DNA of 64,000 nt, taken from contig NW_018407191.1 of assembly GCF_002113885.1 (NCBI RefSeq), forward strand, positions 520,744 through 584,743, written 5' to 3'. Below are positions 11,366-26,310 of this stretch, one piece after another; position 1 is the first letter of the stretch, and every line of letters starts with the position of its first letter. The notes beneath the pieces were generated by a model, which worked only from the letters and a program-made list of their open reading frames with translations, was not told where the DNA came from and ran no database searches. The DNA comes from Mizuhopecten yessoensis. Taxonomy: Eukaryota. The position numbers and the translations under genes were made by a program.

Positions 11366-14300
11366 TGATTTTGTTTTGAATAAACATACTGTAAACAAAC
11401 ACGTTTTTGATCCGACTCATATTTTAGCACATTATTACGTTTTCGCAGATGAGTGCAATGATGCAGTCGCGTACGATTCATGCAGTAACAGTTATTTATT
11501 GAAACTCCAATTCACGCAGTTATAATTTAGCGCAATATAAAGAGCGCGGAAAGCGCTAAATTCAAAATACTGTTATAATATGTTACGTATGCAGTATGTT
11601 CCTTGCTTTGAATTATTTTATATCTACAGATGTATCAAGTAGAAAATAAAGTTGATTATGACATAGAAGATAGCGATTCCTCAACGAAAGATGGTTACAG
11701 GTTTTAATACAGGGTAAGTATATTAACCAAAATATACCTAAAACTTAACCGAAACATTTCTGCACGGAGTGCAACTTTTGCTTAACAAGCTGGAAATCAA
11801 TTTCATATAGGAAGGCATATCCCTTTATCATAAACTATTTAATGCATTCATGAAGTTCCCACTACACAATAACTTCGTGATGTCTGCTCTTAATATGAAG
11901 AACTGTCATCTATGTATTAATTTTTAATAAGGGGTGACATGTACGTGAAATCGTGTTTGCTTCCAATACATTTGGTGAATTACTGAAGAGGTGTTAAATG
12001 TATTGTGTTGTGCTGAGTATTTTAAATTCCAGTTTGCACATATTTGTTTTTAAGTTTCAGACTTTTAGATTGGTTAACATACAATGTTGATGCAATGTTG
12101 GAATATGGTATGCTTTGAACATTATCACCTGACCTTTTATAATTAATACAAATGCCAAATGAAAACAGCAACAACCATGAAGCAAGATTGCTGTTTTCTA
12201 GAGACCACCAAGTACGATATTTGGATTTTTATGGCGGTTCAACGAAGAAACTACATGTATATGCTCTTCACAGATAAGAATATCGGATGAACAAAAGATA
12301 ATTCAATTCTGTTGGATAACATTTATTGAAGAACCATTCTTTTTAAACAACCTTACATTTGACAACAATTTTGGGTCGAAATCGCTCAGAAATGTTCCGC
12401 AACAACAGAATGTTTTATATATAGCACTGCGGTTGAAATCAATAACAATGAAAAATACGTCAATTTAATATGAAAGTATAAATAATTACTGATCAATATA
12501 ATTCATAGATTAACATTGAAGGAGTAACAAAACAGCACGTTATCGTCGTGGTTACCGAACTGGTATAAAATAAAATACTCTTACAGAAACTGTATTCTCC
12601 CAACGTTTGGTATTTTTGTTTTGTTTAGTTACATCAGCGTCATTATCTTTGATGGAAGAAGAACTCAAGTTTAGGATATATGTGTGTATCAATACGAAAA
12701 ATGCTTATTAATAATGGATTTCCTTTCCGCCAACAAAATACAGTTTTACATTATTTTCCGTAGAAGAGTTCAATCTACTAAAATTCACATACTGAATTTC
12801 TTCTTCCATTCAAAGACTATGGAGAGATGTTTGTATCGCACACCAATCTTTATTTAATTTAAATTGCTTTGTTACCTTCAAAATACATCATATCCAGTTC
12901 GGATGTATTAGTTTAATCTTATATGCGTTTTTAAAGCGGTGTATTGACCGTCTTCTGTCGTTTACTTCCACTGGGATGTCTATACCAGTGGTCTAACTCC
13001 TCAACTGTGGTCGGGAGCTCACGGCCTGATGTCTCGGACAACAGAGGTAAAAGTATCGTCACTGTTAGACACATTATTCCAAATACTGCACCTGGGGCCC
13101 AACTTACTCTTTCAGCCTGAAATATCACAAACGTTCGCAGTATATTATTTATCTTATACAAATACTAATAAATGTGTGGATGAGTTAAGGAATGTATATG
13201 TTTACTGTGAAATATGAGGACGGAATTGGTGTGGAGGTTTTCCAACAACAAATGCGCACTTATTGTTTTGTTTACGCTTCGGTATATCTCAGTTGCTCCC
13301 TTATGCATGGAAGATTGTATAACCCCTTTGAGGTTCTGATCAGAAACAAACTGCTTGCCCCTATTTGAAGATTCATTTTTAAAAATAATTGTGGTCTCAT
13401 GGAACTCACTTACGATAGCTGATGTGACAAACTTCAGAAAATGTTCAATCGTTGTCATTTGATATTATTTAAAGAGTTATAAGTACAAAGGACACAAATA
13501 TGTTATATTCAAACAATCTCATCAGTGATGATAGTTTTACAACAATGAAAGACAAAAAGGTCAAAAGGAATATTCCAATTAAGGTTCAGAGATAAAGCAA
13601 TGCTCAATATGTACCCACCAGTGGACCAGCAAACGGTGCCAACATTCCACCAATTCGTCCAGCAGCGGAGTTTTAATTCCTACGACGATAATGCAAAAAT
13701 AAAAGGTATGAACAGTGCACCCGAATTGAAACTAGAAAATAGTTGCCCTGTGTTAACGAACTGCTGCCGGGTGTCCACGAATAAATATTTCCCTCGTCTC
13801 TACGGAATCGTAGTGCATATATGTAGCTATTGACATTCTTGCTAAACCAAACATTGCTACTTTTATCAGAGTGGTGTATTCAATATGTATACAGAAAGTA
13901 TCACGTAGGAATAGTCATTCGCAAATATTTCTTCAAGTATGATTTGATATGTGTAAATTTCCGTTTCGTGATCTTTTTGTAATGAAGATGTTCAATGTCG
14001 TACGACACGAAACAAAATAATTTGCGAAAAAAAAACTATTTAGAATATATACACGGGATCTTCCACCCCATGAATCTTGGTAAAATCTATAAAGGGATTC
14101 AATCATTGAAATCTTTCAAATAATTTGAGCTTTATTAAATATAAATAGCTCTTTTTAGAGATACGCGTCAACAAATTTTAAAGGGCAAAATAATAAAAAA
14201 AAACACAACAACACCCCAACTCGGGTAGTCTCACTAAATCACGATCCTGTACTAAAATATATAACATGCCTTCAACATGTAGTATGCATGGAATAGTCAG

Positions 14301-15232
14301 CCATTTGGAACTAGCTGAAAGGTAAGTTTGCGACATTATTATGGCTACAATCAGCATATCTATGAACAGTAAAAGAAGTTAAAGTAGATACTAACAAAAC
14401 TTGACTCAGGTGATTGCTAATTCAAAAACCACTATCGGTTGTTCCCTTTTTCTTGACTGCATATTGGTCCATTATATAAATTCTTGAACACTTCATTTAC
14501 AAATAATTTCTTACATAAATTGTATAATCGAACTCAAATGACTCAAATACCCCCATTAATTTATTTCACCTACCATTTTGGAACCATAGAAAACTAAAAA
14601 TATGTGTTTACATGATTTTCAAGTAAATATTCTTCAATATTCGCAAGTTTTACAAAACTGTTTTTAAGTCGAATTACGTTGCACATGACAAGTCGAATTA
14701 CGTTGCTCATGATTGATAAATGAATATACTTTTCAGCGACATAAAATAGAAATGTGTTGAATACATATCTTATAATTCGTTAGCATAATAAATATTCATG
14801 CTTAATAAGCTATTTATTAATCTTTGAAAGTCCTACACAATTTATTCTCTTGAAAACAAAACACTTAAATATAACTCGACGCTGTATACATATATGTATA
14901 TGTTTCACTTTGTCCATGATAAGATAAATATTGTAAATAAAATGTTTACCTGAGATTCGTAGGGTAGAGCTCCGGAGTCAGGAGGAATATCGTACTAAAT
15001 GACCCAGATATACCAAGCTTTCCCAGAAAATAGAATATCATCAATGCTATTTTGGCGCCTGCTCTCTCTAAAATTAAAATCGAAAATTAAAGTTAACTTT
15101 GTTTTTACAAACTTATCCCGTTCTCTTACGCTCAGGGACAAAAAAAGTTTTACAAAAGTTTGTGTTTTACATATATCTTGGGACTTCATAAATCACAGTT
15201 TAGGAATGCTCTCTGTTAATTCTTAAGATGAA

Positions 15233-15464
15233 ACTGTAAAATTGAAAATTTTCGCGGTGTGGATATGTTCGCGTTTTTTTGCGTTGTGTTAATGAGTGTG
15301 AAAATATTCACATGCAATATCTATTAATGTACGATATATATTATAGATATATAGAATATATCGATTTTTTAATCATTGCCAACGCGAATATTTCCACATT
15401 GCGATCATATTGAAGAGTAATAGCGCAAACATTTCCCCGCGCGAAAATATCCACTTTTACAGTA
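15233..15464. mobile_element. MITE (Tc1/mariner-type ends)
   Basis: TIRs ACTGTAAAATTGAAAATTTTCGCG and CGCGAAAATATCCACTTTTACAGT. Confidence 0.7.
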
Positions 15465-18400
15465 CATTAATTTTAATGAAATTCTTCTTTTCGAAAGATA
15501 ACTTTAAATTGAAAATCAAAGCCGAAATATTTCCCCGCGTCTCCTAATGGGTATTATAGGGTTAAAACTGTCTGTACCAGACATCCTTATGAAACAACAT
15601 TCTATTGTTCTGAGTGTACGGATTTTCATGTGTTCTGCGTTTACATATAAATGTTTGGTGTTCTGTTTCACTGGTTTGACCGTGAAATATTTTTAATTGA
15701 ACAATGATTAAACACTTGGAGTGGGAAAAGTTCTAGCTAACATTGTTGTTCATACACGTTAACATTAATTTCTAATTAATATTTTTTAACATTACACCTA
15801 CCTGAAAAGTAGTTTGCTATAGTTCCCGCAATGAGCGACACAGCTGCCAGGGCATGGAACAGAATACATATTCTTTTCCTCCCAAACCTGAACAAGATGA
15901 TTTCAATATTTAAATAAAATTTAGAAAAAAAAAATCCTTCAATAAAATATATAATACAGTAATATTTGTATTGTTAGTGTTTATATATTTCACGGTGGCG
16001 AAGTGATATGTAAATATAGACCTATACAAGTTTCTAAGTTGTAGCAATGGTATTTGGCATGTATTGAAGCAGTGTTACGTTAGTTCCAATTTGAAATAGC
16101 AACAGCTTGATACCTTCCGATTGCATTCTGTTAGACTTTGATGTAAATTGACGGGTCCATTTTTCACGGTCTTCTTTATTTTTATGAATAATAAAGAATA
16201 AGCAATTTTAATAGCGTTGATATGAGACAGAGCAAGCATTTTACTTACTTATTCAATGTAAAGTACTCTATAACTGCCACAGGATATTCCGCTAAAGAGA
16301 GGAGTAAAAAGCTCAAGTAGCGATCGAGAGGCAGGGAAGCAGACGACAAAACAAGCCCGTAGTACGTCAAACTATTCACAGCCCTGTAAGAAAAAAAAAG
16401 TAAACAAGTAATCCTTGTAAACTAGTGATTAGTTTGGTGTACATGGTTTAATGTACTTAAACAGTTAATTGTCGCTTTAGGACGTGTCTCCAAACCAGTT
16501 GTAGCCTTTACCTTAAATAACAGCTACCATTGCTTCTGACTTTGGAATTTCTATGCCTGGGGACATTATCCATTGCCTTCATCACATCTAGTGCAGGTTT
16601 TGCAGAATTGTCTATACTTCGGCCAATATAAAAGATATACAGTAGAATATCTATCATTTATCACATAATGTACTGTGTAATCCAGTGAATATTACCCATG
16701 TAATATTTTTTGCATTTAATATGACCTATCAGGCCTGTGATTGGTTGTAAATTTCAATTGTTTCGATTGTGACGTCACGCCTAGGACAAGTACATGACGT
16801 CACAGACTTACGCACTGGAGTCAAAATGGCGACTTTTTACATTTCAATGTTGCATGATAATTGTCGTTTTACATAAATAAATGCCACAAGTCTTGATTAT
16901 GTGATAAAAAGGATCGTACTATCGTTTTCATTTCATATGAAAATACTATGGCGTTGTTAGGAATGCTACAAATGAGTTTAACTTTAGAGCGTTGATGTCA
17001 ACGACACAATCGTGATGCTTTTTGCTCGTTTGTTTAACGAACATGGACTAAGATGCCTACTAAAGTATTTGAGTGTTATTTTCCTAAAACCTGTCCATTT
17101 GGCTATGAATACGTAAGCAATATAAGAAGAGGAGGTAAACCCATCTATGGTTGTTTAAAAAAAAGTATTATAACATTGCAACCAATGCATCACAGCTATT
17201 TATCTTACCAAGACGACGTCAAATAGTGAGTGATGACGTCTTATGCGTCGGCACCTTATGGGTTAAATTGTTCAAAAGGTGAATAGCTTTTTTATATTTT
17301 ACTTTTTTTTGTGTATTTTTAAAGCTCACCCATTAACTGAGTAAAATCTTTCAAAATAGGAAATATTTTAGAAGAGTAAAATTACTTGCAAAATAACGAG
17401 GTTTTACCTTGTATATTGATCAAATTGTTAAAGAATAATAAAAATGTCGTTAAGTAGTCTTTAAGCTTATCACATTTTGAACAACTTGACCAAGGTGTAT
17501 TAGACTTGCACAAGTCCGATAATTTCGATACCATCAAAATGGTCAAAATGTCATTGAATGTAAATACGAGGAACGAATCCTTAAATAAAAGACTCGCTTA
17601 CCAAGTATACGACATGATGATGGTGATCATCGCTATTCTCCGCCGTGTAAACAATGTCAGTACCGTGTATTTTGGTAGGGCAGAGTTGGATGGGTCCTGG
17701 ATATCTTCTCTTCGTCTTTCACCTTTTTCATCGTGTGTATTCCCACTTTCGTCTTGTTTCAAAACCAGTGGTTGTGATGAAGAGGCGTAATCTATTATCC
17801 GAAGGACATCGCTTTCGTTGACTTTATTCATTTTTGCAGCCTTCTTCAATATTGCCTTAGCTTCCTCTATCTTATCATTAGCCAAAAGCCAGCGAACAGA
17901 TTCGTGATATAGCCTGTGTCGAAAAAATGTGACATATCTTTTTTATTTTCGGAATTTGTAATTTCTTTGTTAGTGCAAAAGATAGAACAATATAGCATGT
18001 TACAAGCAACTGTGCTTAACGAAACATCATCGTAAATATTCTTAACGTTCGGAATCGACAAATTTCTTCATAGTTAGTAAACAAACATATTTTATATAAA
18101 ATACAATATACAATGAAATGTATTAAATATTTTTTTCAATATAATTCAGAATTCGATTAAGTGGGTCTATTGACACGACTTTGAATACATATATAATAAT
18201 TATCGTTTCCCGTAGTAGTTTTCTAGCTTAATTTTGTTTTGACCTGATACGTACATAATATGTGCAAAGTCCTCATAGTAATAAAAAAAAAATGAAATAT
18301 TCAAATATTTTCATATTGTTACTTACATTATAATTAAACGTAATCAAGACAAAAACAAGCTTAGACAGGAACAAAAGTGATTGAGCAAGAATTGAATCGC

Positions 18401-19279
18401 AATGTAGATTAGCTAGATTATGATGCGTCTATATTGTTATTTCAATGAAACTGTTTGATGTTTGTGTCTTTTTCCATAAACGAATTGTCTATAAACGTAA
18501 GGCAAAAGGTAAGCGTACATATTTCAGCGGTATTCCTTTTTTTTAATATTTTAAGTTTTTAATATTGATTACGCTGATTGAAGGTCTTGTATCATCTAGT
18601 TTTCAGTTGTATAAATGGACAGTACGCCACGTGATCAATGTGCAAATAAGTTAAAAATCGATTGTACGCTGAATTTAAAGTCCGAAAAAATAAGTGATTT
18701 CTAAGTATTATGTTTTCCGCACTGTCAGACCCACTGTAACATTTCTAGGTATATACAAATATCGATTTAGGTGCACACTCTCAAGAAAAATCCGTTTGTT
18801 CGGACCCCCTGTGATGTTCATATTGGATATCACTGTCGTAATTGTTTGGTAAAAAATGAATTTGAAAGATTGTCTGGACACAAATAAAGGATACAATTTG
18901 GTTACCATAGCAATTTGGTTACCATAGTTATTTGGTTACATTGCTATTGGTTACCATAGCATTATAATCCAAACAATATGTGTTGTATACACACCAATAG
19001 CCGACAAGACTGTATGCAGAGTACATTGTCATGATAAGGTAGGTGTTTCGCCACGAGAGGTTCCGAAGGAGGTAAGCAACTGGAGCTATTACGATGATGC
19101 CGCATGTCCAGAAAGTTACCCCGAGTACTTCAGTCATGTATCTGGATTCTGCCGGAAGTAGTTCAATAGTCATCACTGTCCGAGTCATAGACACTCCCTG
19201 TTATTTTGGGAGAAATGTTTTTTCTTTGTTATTAGAAGCTAAATTATATCAAGCACAAGTTTGTATTATACCTGTTTAA

Positions 19280-19362
19280 CCCTTTCACCACTGTGGGCCA
19301 TAATGGGTTCATCCAGGTCAATGCATGTTAGAGTTAACTAAAGTTGGATAGGGGTGAAAGAG
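19280..19362. mobile_element. 83-bp piggyBac-like MITE
   Basis: TTAA|CCCTTTCACC ... GGTGAAAGAG|TTAA. Confidence 0.6.
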
Positions 19363-21116
19363 TTAACATGCGTTTACCGCGATAAATAAAAAAAGAAATA
19401 CCACCAAGGCCACTTCGTGTTTATTGAAACTATTATAGAATTCGTATTTAAATTCTTTCTTACATTGTAGGATATTGCAACAGTATCCACAATGCTTTAA
19501 TTCAAATGATTCGAGTTATGAACATTGCACAAATAGGGTAAAGTTATTGGAACATATGATTATCGGATCAACAAATGTGCACACTTTTGTTGCAAATTCA
19601 TCCACTTTGGCACACACTTTCTACCCAATCGATTACAGTGTAATAAAAACAGGAGTCATCAAAATTATAAAGAAACATGATTGTAATATGCGCCTCCTTT
19701 TCATAAGAGTTCTTCACCCGGAAATGTATTATTATTATTTACGACAGGAAAATGCAGCAAAGCTGCTGGACACCAGATCTTTAAATGAAAATCACTTACT
19801 GACAGTCCAACAACCACGAGGAACACATACTGCATACTTTAATTTATTCTCCGACTATTAATGGCATTAATTTTAATGTTCAGAATGTTCTGCTCACGCC
19901 CAATATCCTCACATATTGCTTTATTGTCACTTAGAAATTTTACCAAGGCAAGAAAACGTCCAATTTTAACTGCATGTTAGATGTCAACAACTGACGCTTT
20001 CTCAGAAAATAACGACATTTTCTGAGAGAGAAGATGCAGAACATGATGAACGAAAATTACAATTTATACCTGCCGCAATTTTTACAAAGATTTCATTTGA
20101 TAATACACTTTTAGATAAACTATTAACTGTCTTCTGGGTTAAGGTGTTAGTCACAGCCGATTTTGAGTTGAATTTTTCATTTATAACTGGTGGAGGGTAC
20201 TTGTCAAAGAAATTGTTACCTCTCGAGTCTTAAACGAAAACAAACTCCGCCATGACGCTAGTTTTCTGGTTGTTATTGAATATTTGTTTTAAACGGGTGA
20301 AGTACATATCTAGTGTTTAACGGTAAAATTATACCATTTTCTTTTTATAACACTTTTTAAGTAGCTCGACTTAAATATTGACGTTGGTTATATATACTTG
20401 TACGAAAATAGTTTTCATACCACAAATGTATATTCTGTTTTCATGCCGTCTACAAACATGTCTACAATATCCTTTAAACTCGGACCTTTCATGAATTCAT
20501 GAATACGTACATGTGCAAATTCTCTGACGGCTCCTTCGTGTTTGTTCATGATTATGTTCGGGCTAATATCAAATCTTATCCGATTTAATTTCGTGTCCAT
20601 AAATGCCCTTTCACATTTGCAATTATTTTTACACACGATAGCTTTCGTGTTTTTTCATAGTACAAACGGTTTTACATCCATGTTGTCACTCATGTTACAT
20701 TTTTGAATCTACATCCGTGTCGGCTTTCACGTATGAAAGTTTGAGTTTATGCTCATTCATGATTTCATTGATGTACATATTTTTGTCATCATTTTTGTTA
20801 CAATATATATGCTCATCCGTGTATTTACTCATATTTAATTAACATTATCTGTCTGACTTAAACAGGGTGTCCATATCATGCGATACGACTAGTTGATCAC
20901 CCGCAAACACAATGTCATTTTTGTTTTTTCGATGTTGTGTAACTGTGGCAAATGTGTTTATATTGTTCCCTACCTCTTGTCTTTCATTCCCCACTCTTTG
21001 TTCCCCTCGCTCTTACCTTTTAGTTATCCTGGTTATCTGGCAGTCGTACACGTAACAATAACAGAACTATCCGTTAGCAGTCTCCATGTCCATACTTCAT
21101 ACTTTTTCTATCGCTC

Positions 21117-23570
21117 ATGACGGGGTGCTCATTATCCACATGGAGATGTGCTTTCGGACTATATTACTCTAAACAAACCCATTTAAACAAAACGTACAGA
21201 TTCCACAACAACACTTATTCCTGTTACGATATATTTAAGCTACATTTTATATATTTGCCTGTAGCAGTTGTTTTTATTGTTTTTCTACAGACATATAGCA
21301 ACCCAAACAACATCGCCCTTTTCTTAATCTTAATCTTACTTCTGTCAGGGGATATACATACAAATCCAGGACCAGCAGACAGTTATCTAACGACTTCGAC
21401 TCCGACAATATATCCTTTTCTGTTTCTGACGATAACTCATTAAAAATCATGCATTTGAATATTCGAAGCGTTAGAAATAAAATTATTTTCTTGAGAGTTT
21501 TACCGATGACGTAGACATATTGTGCTTAACAGAAACACATCTCGATCCTTCTATCCCTGATTCTGACCTACTTCTTACTAACTTCTCAACAATATTTAGA
21601 AAAGACAGGAACGCTTTTGGTGGCGATATTGTGATTTTTTCAACTTAAGACATACTGCCTAAACGCAGACTTGATATTGAATCACCGAATGACGAAATAA
21701 TTTGGATTGAATTTTGTACTGATAATAAGAAATATCTTCTATGGGTACTATACAAACCTCCATGGAAAAATACTAACTCTGGAATTTGGACTCTACTGAA
21801 ACATTCTTTTGACATAGCTTTTGACTACACACCTCAGGTTATATTAACACAGGATACTAACATTGACTTATTAACAGGAAATAACATCTAAGCATTGTAA
21901 CACAGCAATATAATTTAACTAACCTGATTACCAGTCCAACTAGAGTAACAAATACTACACAATCCCTTATAGACCCATACAAAATGATATCCAATAAAAT
22001 ATCTGCACCCCTTACACTTCTATTCAACGAATCCTTTCGTACTTCTGTATTTCCTGATTCATGAAAATTTGCCCATGTGACACCTATTTTCAAAAAAGGG
22101 GAATCTGAATTGGCAAATAACTACAGACCCGTTTCTTTACTTAGCTGCATTGGCAAACTCTATAACTATTTCTTCAGCAACAAACTTCTATATACTTTAC
22201 AGTCCATCTTCTTACCAAATCACTCTACAACTCACCAACTCATCGAACTCTATCATAGCATACTTACAGCACTGAAGAATCGTGAAATGCTGCTCTTGTT
22301 TTTTGTGACTTTTCTAAAGCTTTCGACCGAGATAAAGGTCTATTAACAAAATGAGAAACATACGGAATAAAAGGTAAACTTTTAGATTGGATAAAAAACT
22401 ACTTAAGTAACAGACGCCAGTCAGTCGTACTAAAAAATGCTATATCTTCTGAAGTATCTATCAAATCCGGAGTTCCTAAAGGTTCAGTGTTTGGGCCACT
22501 TCTTTTTCTTGTATACATCAACGATATTTCAAATACACTACTTTCAATTACTAGACTTTTTACTGACGACACCGCATTAGCAAACTGCTCTTAAAATTTA
22601 CACGATATACAAAAAGTAATAAACTATGACATGGAATAATTAAACCTTTGGTCAAATAAATTGTTAATGAATTTCAACCCAAATAAAACCGAAATACTCT
22701 TAATTTCTAACACAAATATACCTTCTAACCCACAATTTCTTTTCGACAACACACCTATCCCTATTGTTAAAAACCACAAACACCTAGGAGTCATCATTAG
22801 TAACAACGGCACATGGAACTCTCACATTGAACATGTATTAACAAACACAACAAAGTACATTGCAACTTTAAGGAAATTAAAATACATCCTAAATAGAAAA
22901 AAAATGGAAAAATATACCTTGTTTTTATAAGACTACTATTTGAATGTAATATCACATTTTCGAATAAATCAGAGAACATGCAGTAGGAAGCAGGTCGAAT
23001 AATAACTGGATAACCTATTTTTACAAAATAAAACAAAACAAAATACAGAGACCTCGGATTGAAATCATTGACAGATAGAGGCAGGATTAGAAAATTATCC
23101 ATGTTTTATAATATTTATCATGATACTGCTCCCCCATTTCTAAAATCTCTTCTACCACCTATTGTGTCAAACTTCTCTAGCTATCATCTTAGAAACATGA
23201 ATAATTTTCAAAACCCATACTATAGACTGCAAGTCACAAAAGCATCCTTCATACCAAGTACTTCAGACTCCTGGAATAATCTACCAATGGAGACAAAGTC
23301 ATCAGAATCCATTAAACAATTCAAAACTCCACCTCAAGTCACTACCCCTTCTTGTATTAAGTGCTTTCTTGAATATGGGTCTAGAAAAGTTAATATTATA
23401 CATTGTCAATTACGAAACCGCAGTAGCTCTTTAAATTACGACCTTTATAAAGCTCTCCTTCGAGACAACTACTTGCGAATGCGGAAATGACTCAGAAGAC
23501 TCTTCCCATTTCTTACTTAACTGTAAAAAAAAATGATCAATACCGTAATATAATGCTTCAATCCCTCATA
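21117..23570 (+). mobile_element. CR1/L2-group non-LTR retrotransposon, decayed and internally deleted, antisense in intron 3 of paralogue A
   Basis: LLLSGDIHTNPGP; APE endonuclease remnants (MHLNIRSVRNK, DILCLTETHL, RKDRNAFGG); RT motifs (VTPIFKKG..NYRPVSLLS, SGVPKGSVFGPLLFLVYINDI, LFTDD, HKHLGV); C-terminal Cys/His remnant. Many stops and frameshifts. Confidence 0.9.
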
Positions 23571-25119
23571 TATAAGATGTTTAAGATGGCATACAGCAAA
23601 AGAGGTAATGATAGGATTAGGGACACCAACGTATAGTTTTTAAATATGTATTCGGAGAGTTTACTTGAGATCGCGTGTATGATTTTTCTAATCGAGTCGG
23701 CGTAAGTAGTATACCTAATCTATACACACATATCCTTCTGCTTTTCTAAAGTTCAATTGCAATTGTGCTGTTGCTGCTATAATCTGGTAAAATTTCCAAA
23801 CGAAAATGACATCAATGATGTAATTTTGTAAATACTATAATGTAAGTTGCAAAAGTTGAACAAAGCCACCATGATATCTTCACTTGTGAAGATATGACAT
23901 TTCGTAGGTCTTGACTGCAGTGAAGATAAAATAATTTGTCAAAGGAGAGTTAAGGACATTTCGATGGAAAATAAAATAAATACGGATAGTGTAATGTTAA
24001 CTATCATATTATTGTAGATAGTATGCGGCATCAATTTCCCAGAAGGCTTTCACGCATCGGGAAGCACCGGAAGTGGACTAAGTGTTTACAGATCAAACAC
24101 TGCGGCGCTTTGCGCCGCTTAGGGGTTTGAAAAAGACATTTTAAAAGGAGATAGATCTAACATAATTTTACGCATACTATCAAAGATTACATGTAGAAGG
24201 TATACCTGATGTGACACGCCGCAAATGAACCGCATAATGGCAAACACAATGAAAGTTGGTGCGAGAGAAGCGGTCACTCCTGCGGCGAATAGAACTATAT
24301 GTGACGTCACCAGAACCAACTTGCGTCCGAATCTGTCTGATAGCTGAGGAAGCAAGGCTGCCCCCACCATCTGTCCGATCATCAGTAACATTTGGGAGAT
24401 TTCTGCTCTCTCCGCTCCATCACACACGAGATTCCACTAAGGCATGCAAACTAACGTTTAACATTCATACAAAAAGCAAAATACACAAATTACGTTAAAA
24501 TCGCCTTATGTTAAAAGCGCATAAAACGCTCTCTTTTCTCAAAAATACGAATTAAATATTGCATTGACAATTGCTCTGACTTTCTCTTCCCGATAACATT
24601 TACGCTATACTAAATGCCGTTCAGGAGGAATTTAGAATTTCAATATTTGACGGAAGCATTATTACGTAGATTTATATGAATTATCCATTACTCTAAAATA
24701 AACCGATAGCGCTTGTTCCATGTCTCAAAATTGTGCTGAAAATGTGTTTTGTTTTTCTTGGATTGTTTGGGACCAATTTGCATTCACAGATTTGTCGAGA
24801 TAAAAACAAGTAGGAACACGATATGTTGTGCAGAATATACAAATGTAATTACCCATTCGGTCGGAGCATTAGGTTTTGCCTGCGGTTTTTTGTCGGATTC
24901 GTGATATCTCTGCTTTTGTTTTTTCGTGCGTTTCGTCTTTTCATGTCGACTTTCATTTAAATGATTTTTCCTTACCCTCTTAGTTAAGTTGAATATATTT
25001 TTAATTTGAAAAGAAGCATTTTGTCAAATATAATTTAACATGTCCTTCTCTAGATCGTACGTTACGTATAAATGCAACTTATCCAAATTACAAACGTTCG
25101 CTGATTCTCTCGCCTGTTT

Positions 25120-26095
25120 ATCGATCGGGAATCGTCGGCACTTTCCGTAATGCTTCAGTCACATTCGCGCCGGCCGCCGGCCAGGAAGCAGGAAGCGGCC
25201 GTCTTCCTGGCGTCCCGGGGACTTTTTTTCCGATGTCTGGGATTAACTTGAGCATGTACACATGAGATACGGGCACCGCACGGCCCCAGCAAACATTTTG
25301 CAGGATTAAATCGAACGGACATCTGAAGTATACCGTAGGGATCTCGTAAGACTATCGAAAGGATACCGCAAGGCTATCTGACAATGGCCGGGCTGTCGTA
25401 CAGTAGCTGGAAGATGTTCGTGCGGTCGTGTGACGGGCGGGTTACGTACGTAGCCCGTATGATTATAAAGATGCGGCGCATCAGTACTACTTTGGTGGCA
25501 TACGGTAGTACTACAGTATCACATCAGTACCGGTACGGTACACATTGAGGCAACCTGAGAGCCGCCGATCCATTACCGGGCGCTACCGGTGTTCTACCGG
25601 AGTACTGCCGGAGTACTGCCGTTGTGGTCCCGTTGCTCGGTCCGACATCGCAACGGCGGACATTTTTGAGCTCCGGCTCCGGCGACCCAAATCGACTAGG
25701 TGTGACAGGCCCTTTTTACGATGTTGTACGGTACCCGTCCGGACATCGGGCGGTCTACAGGACAGTTGGGAGTATGTAAAATTGTAAAAATATCCCAAGA
25801 TGACCGTACAATGCCACCGGAAGCCGTGAGATAATCTTACAAAATCCTTGCGGGACACCTATGGGAGACTGCTGGGTAGGTTCCGATGAGTTTGGGTCAG
25901 AAAAAAACGGGCGGACACCGCAACTATTATCTCTGCTCTAAAGCTCCCGGCGACCCGTGCGGCGTCTAAAAATCGGCCGTTAGTGGCCGATAACCTCCCG
26001 GCGTCCTTATAACGGTTCCCTAGCTTGCTGGCCGATTTTGACCAAAAAACTAATCGCCCGGGCGTCTTTTCGGAAAAACGAGACAGTATAATAAT
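25120..26095. mobile_element. GC/CpG-rich ~1-kb insertion, probably a non-autonomous DNA transposon
   Basis: Abrupt GC-rich block with many short CCGG/ACCG/CGGT motifs and no credible ORF. It lies between units of the 58-bp array, and no such block is present in the matching intron of paralogue B. Confidence 0.5.
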
Positions 26096-26310
26096 TTTGT
26101 AACACACATTCGGCCCACCTTTAGCACGTACTTATGTTAACTAATGAAGTACCTTTGTTATACACATTCGGCACATCTCTAGCCCGTACCTATGATTACC
26201 GATGAATCAACTTTGTAACACTCATTCGGTCAATCTCTATCCCGTACCCATGCATACCGACGACTTACCTCTGTAACAAACGTTCGATCTTTCTCTAGAT
26301 CGTACGTATA
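26096..26310. repeat. 58-bp tandem array including the 3' end and splice donor of SLC22-A exon 2
   Basis: TAG/TAT anchors of the CTCTAG-like motif at 26122, 26180, 26238 and 26296; remnants at 25046-25112. Confidence 0.8.

Noticed and set aside
11630-11713. Exon-like segment (ctacag|ATG...AGG|GTAAGT) downstream of the secreted-protein gene
   Set aside because: All three frames contain stops and it lies past the poly(A) signal; at most a UTR exon.
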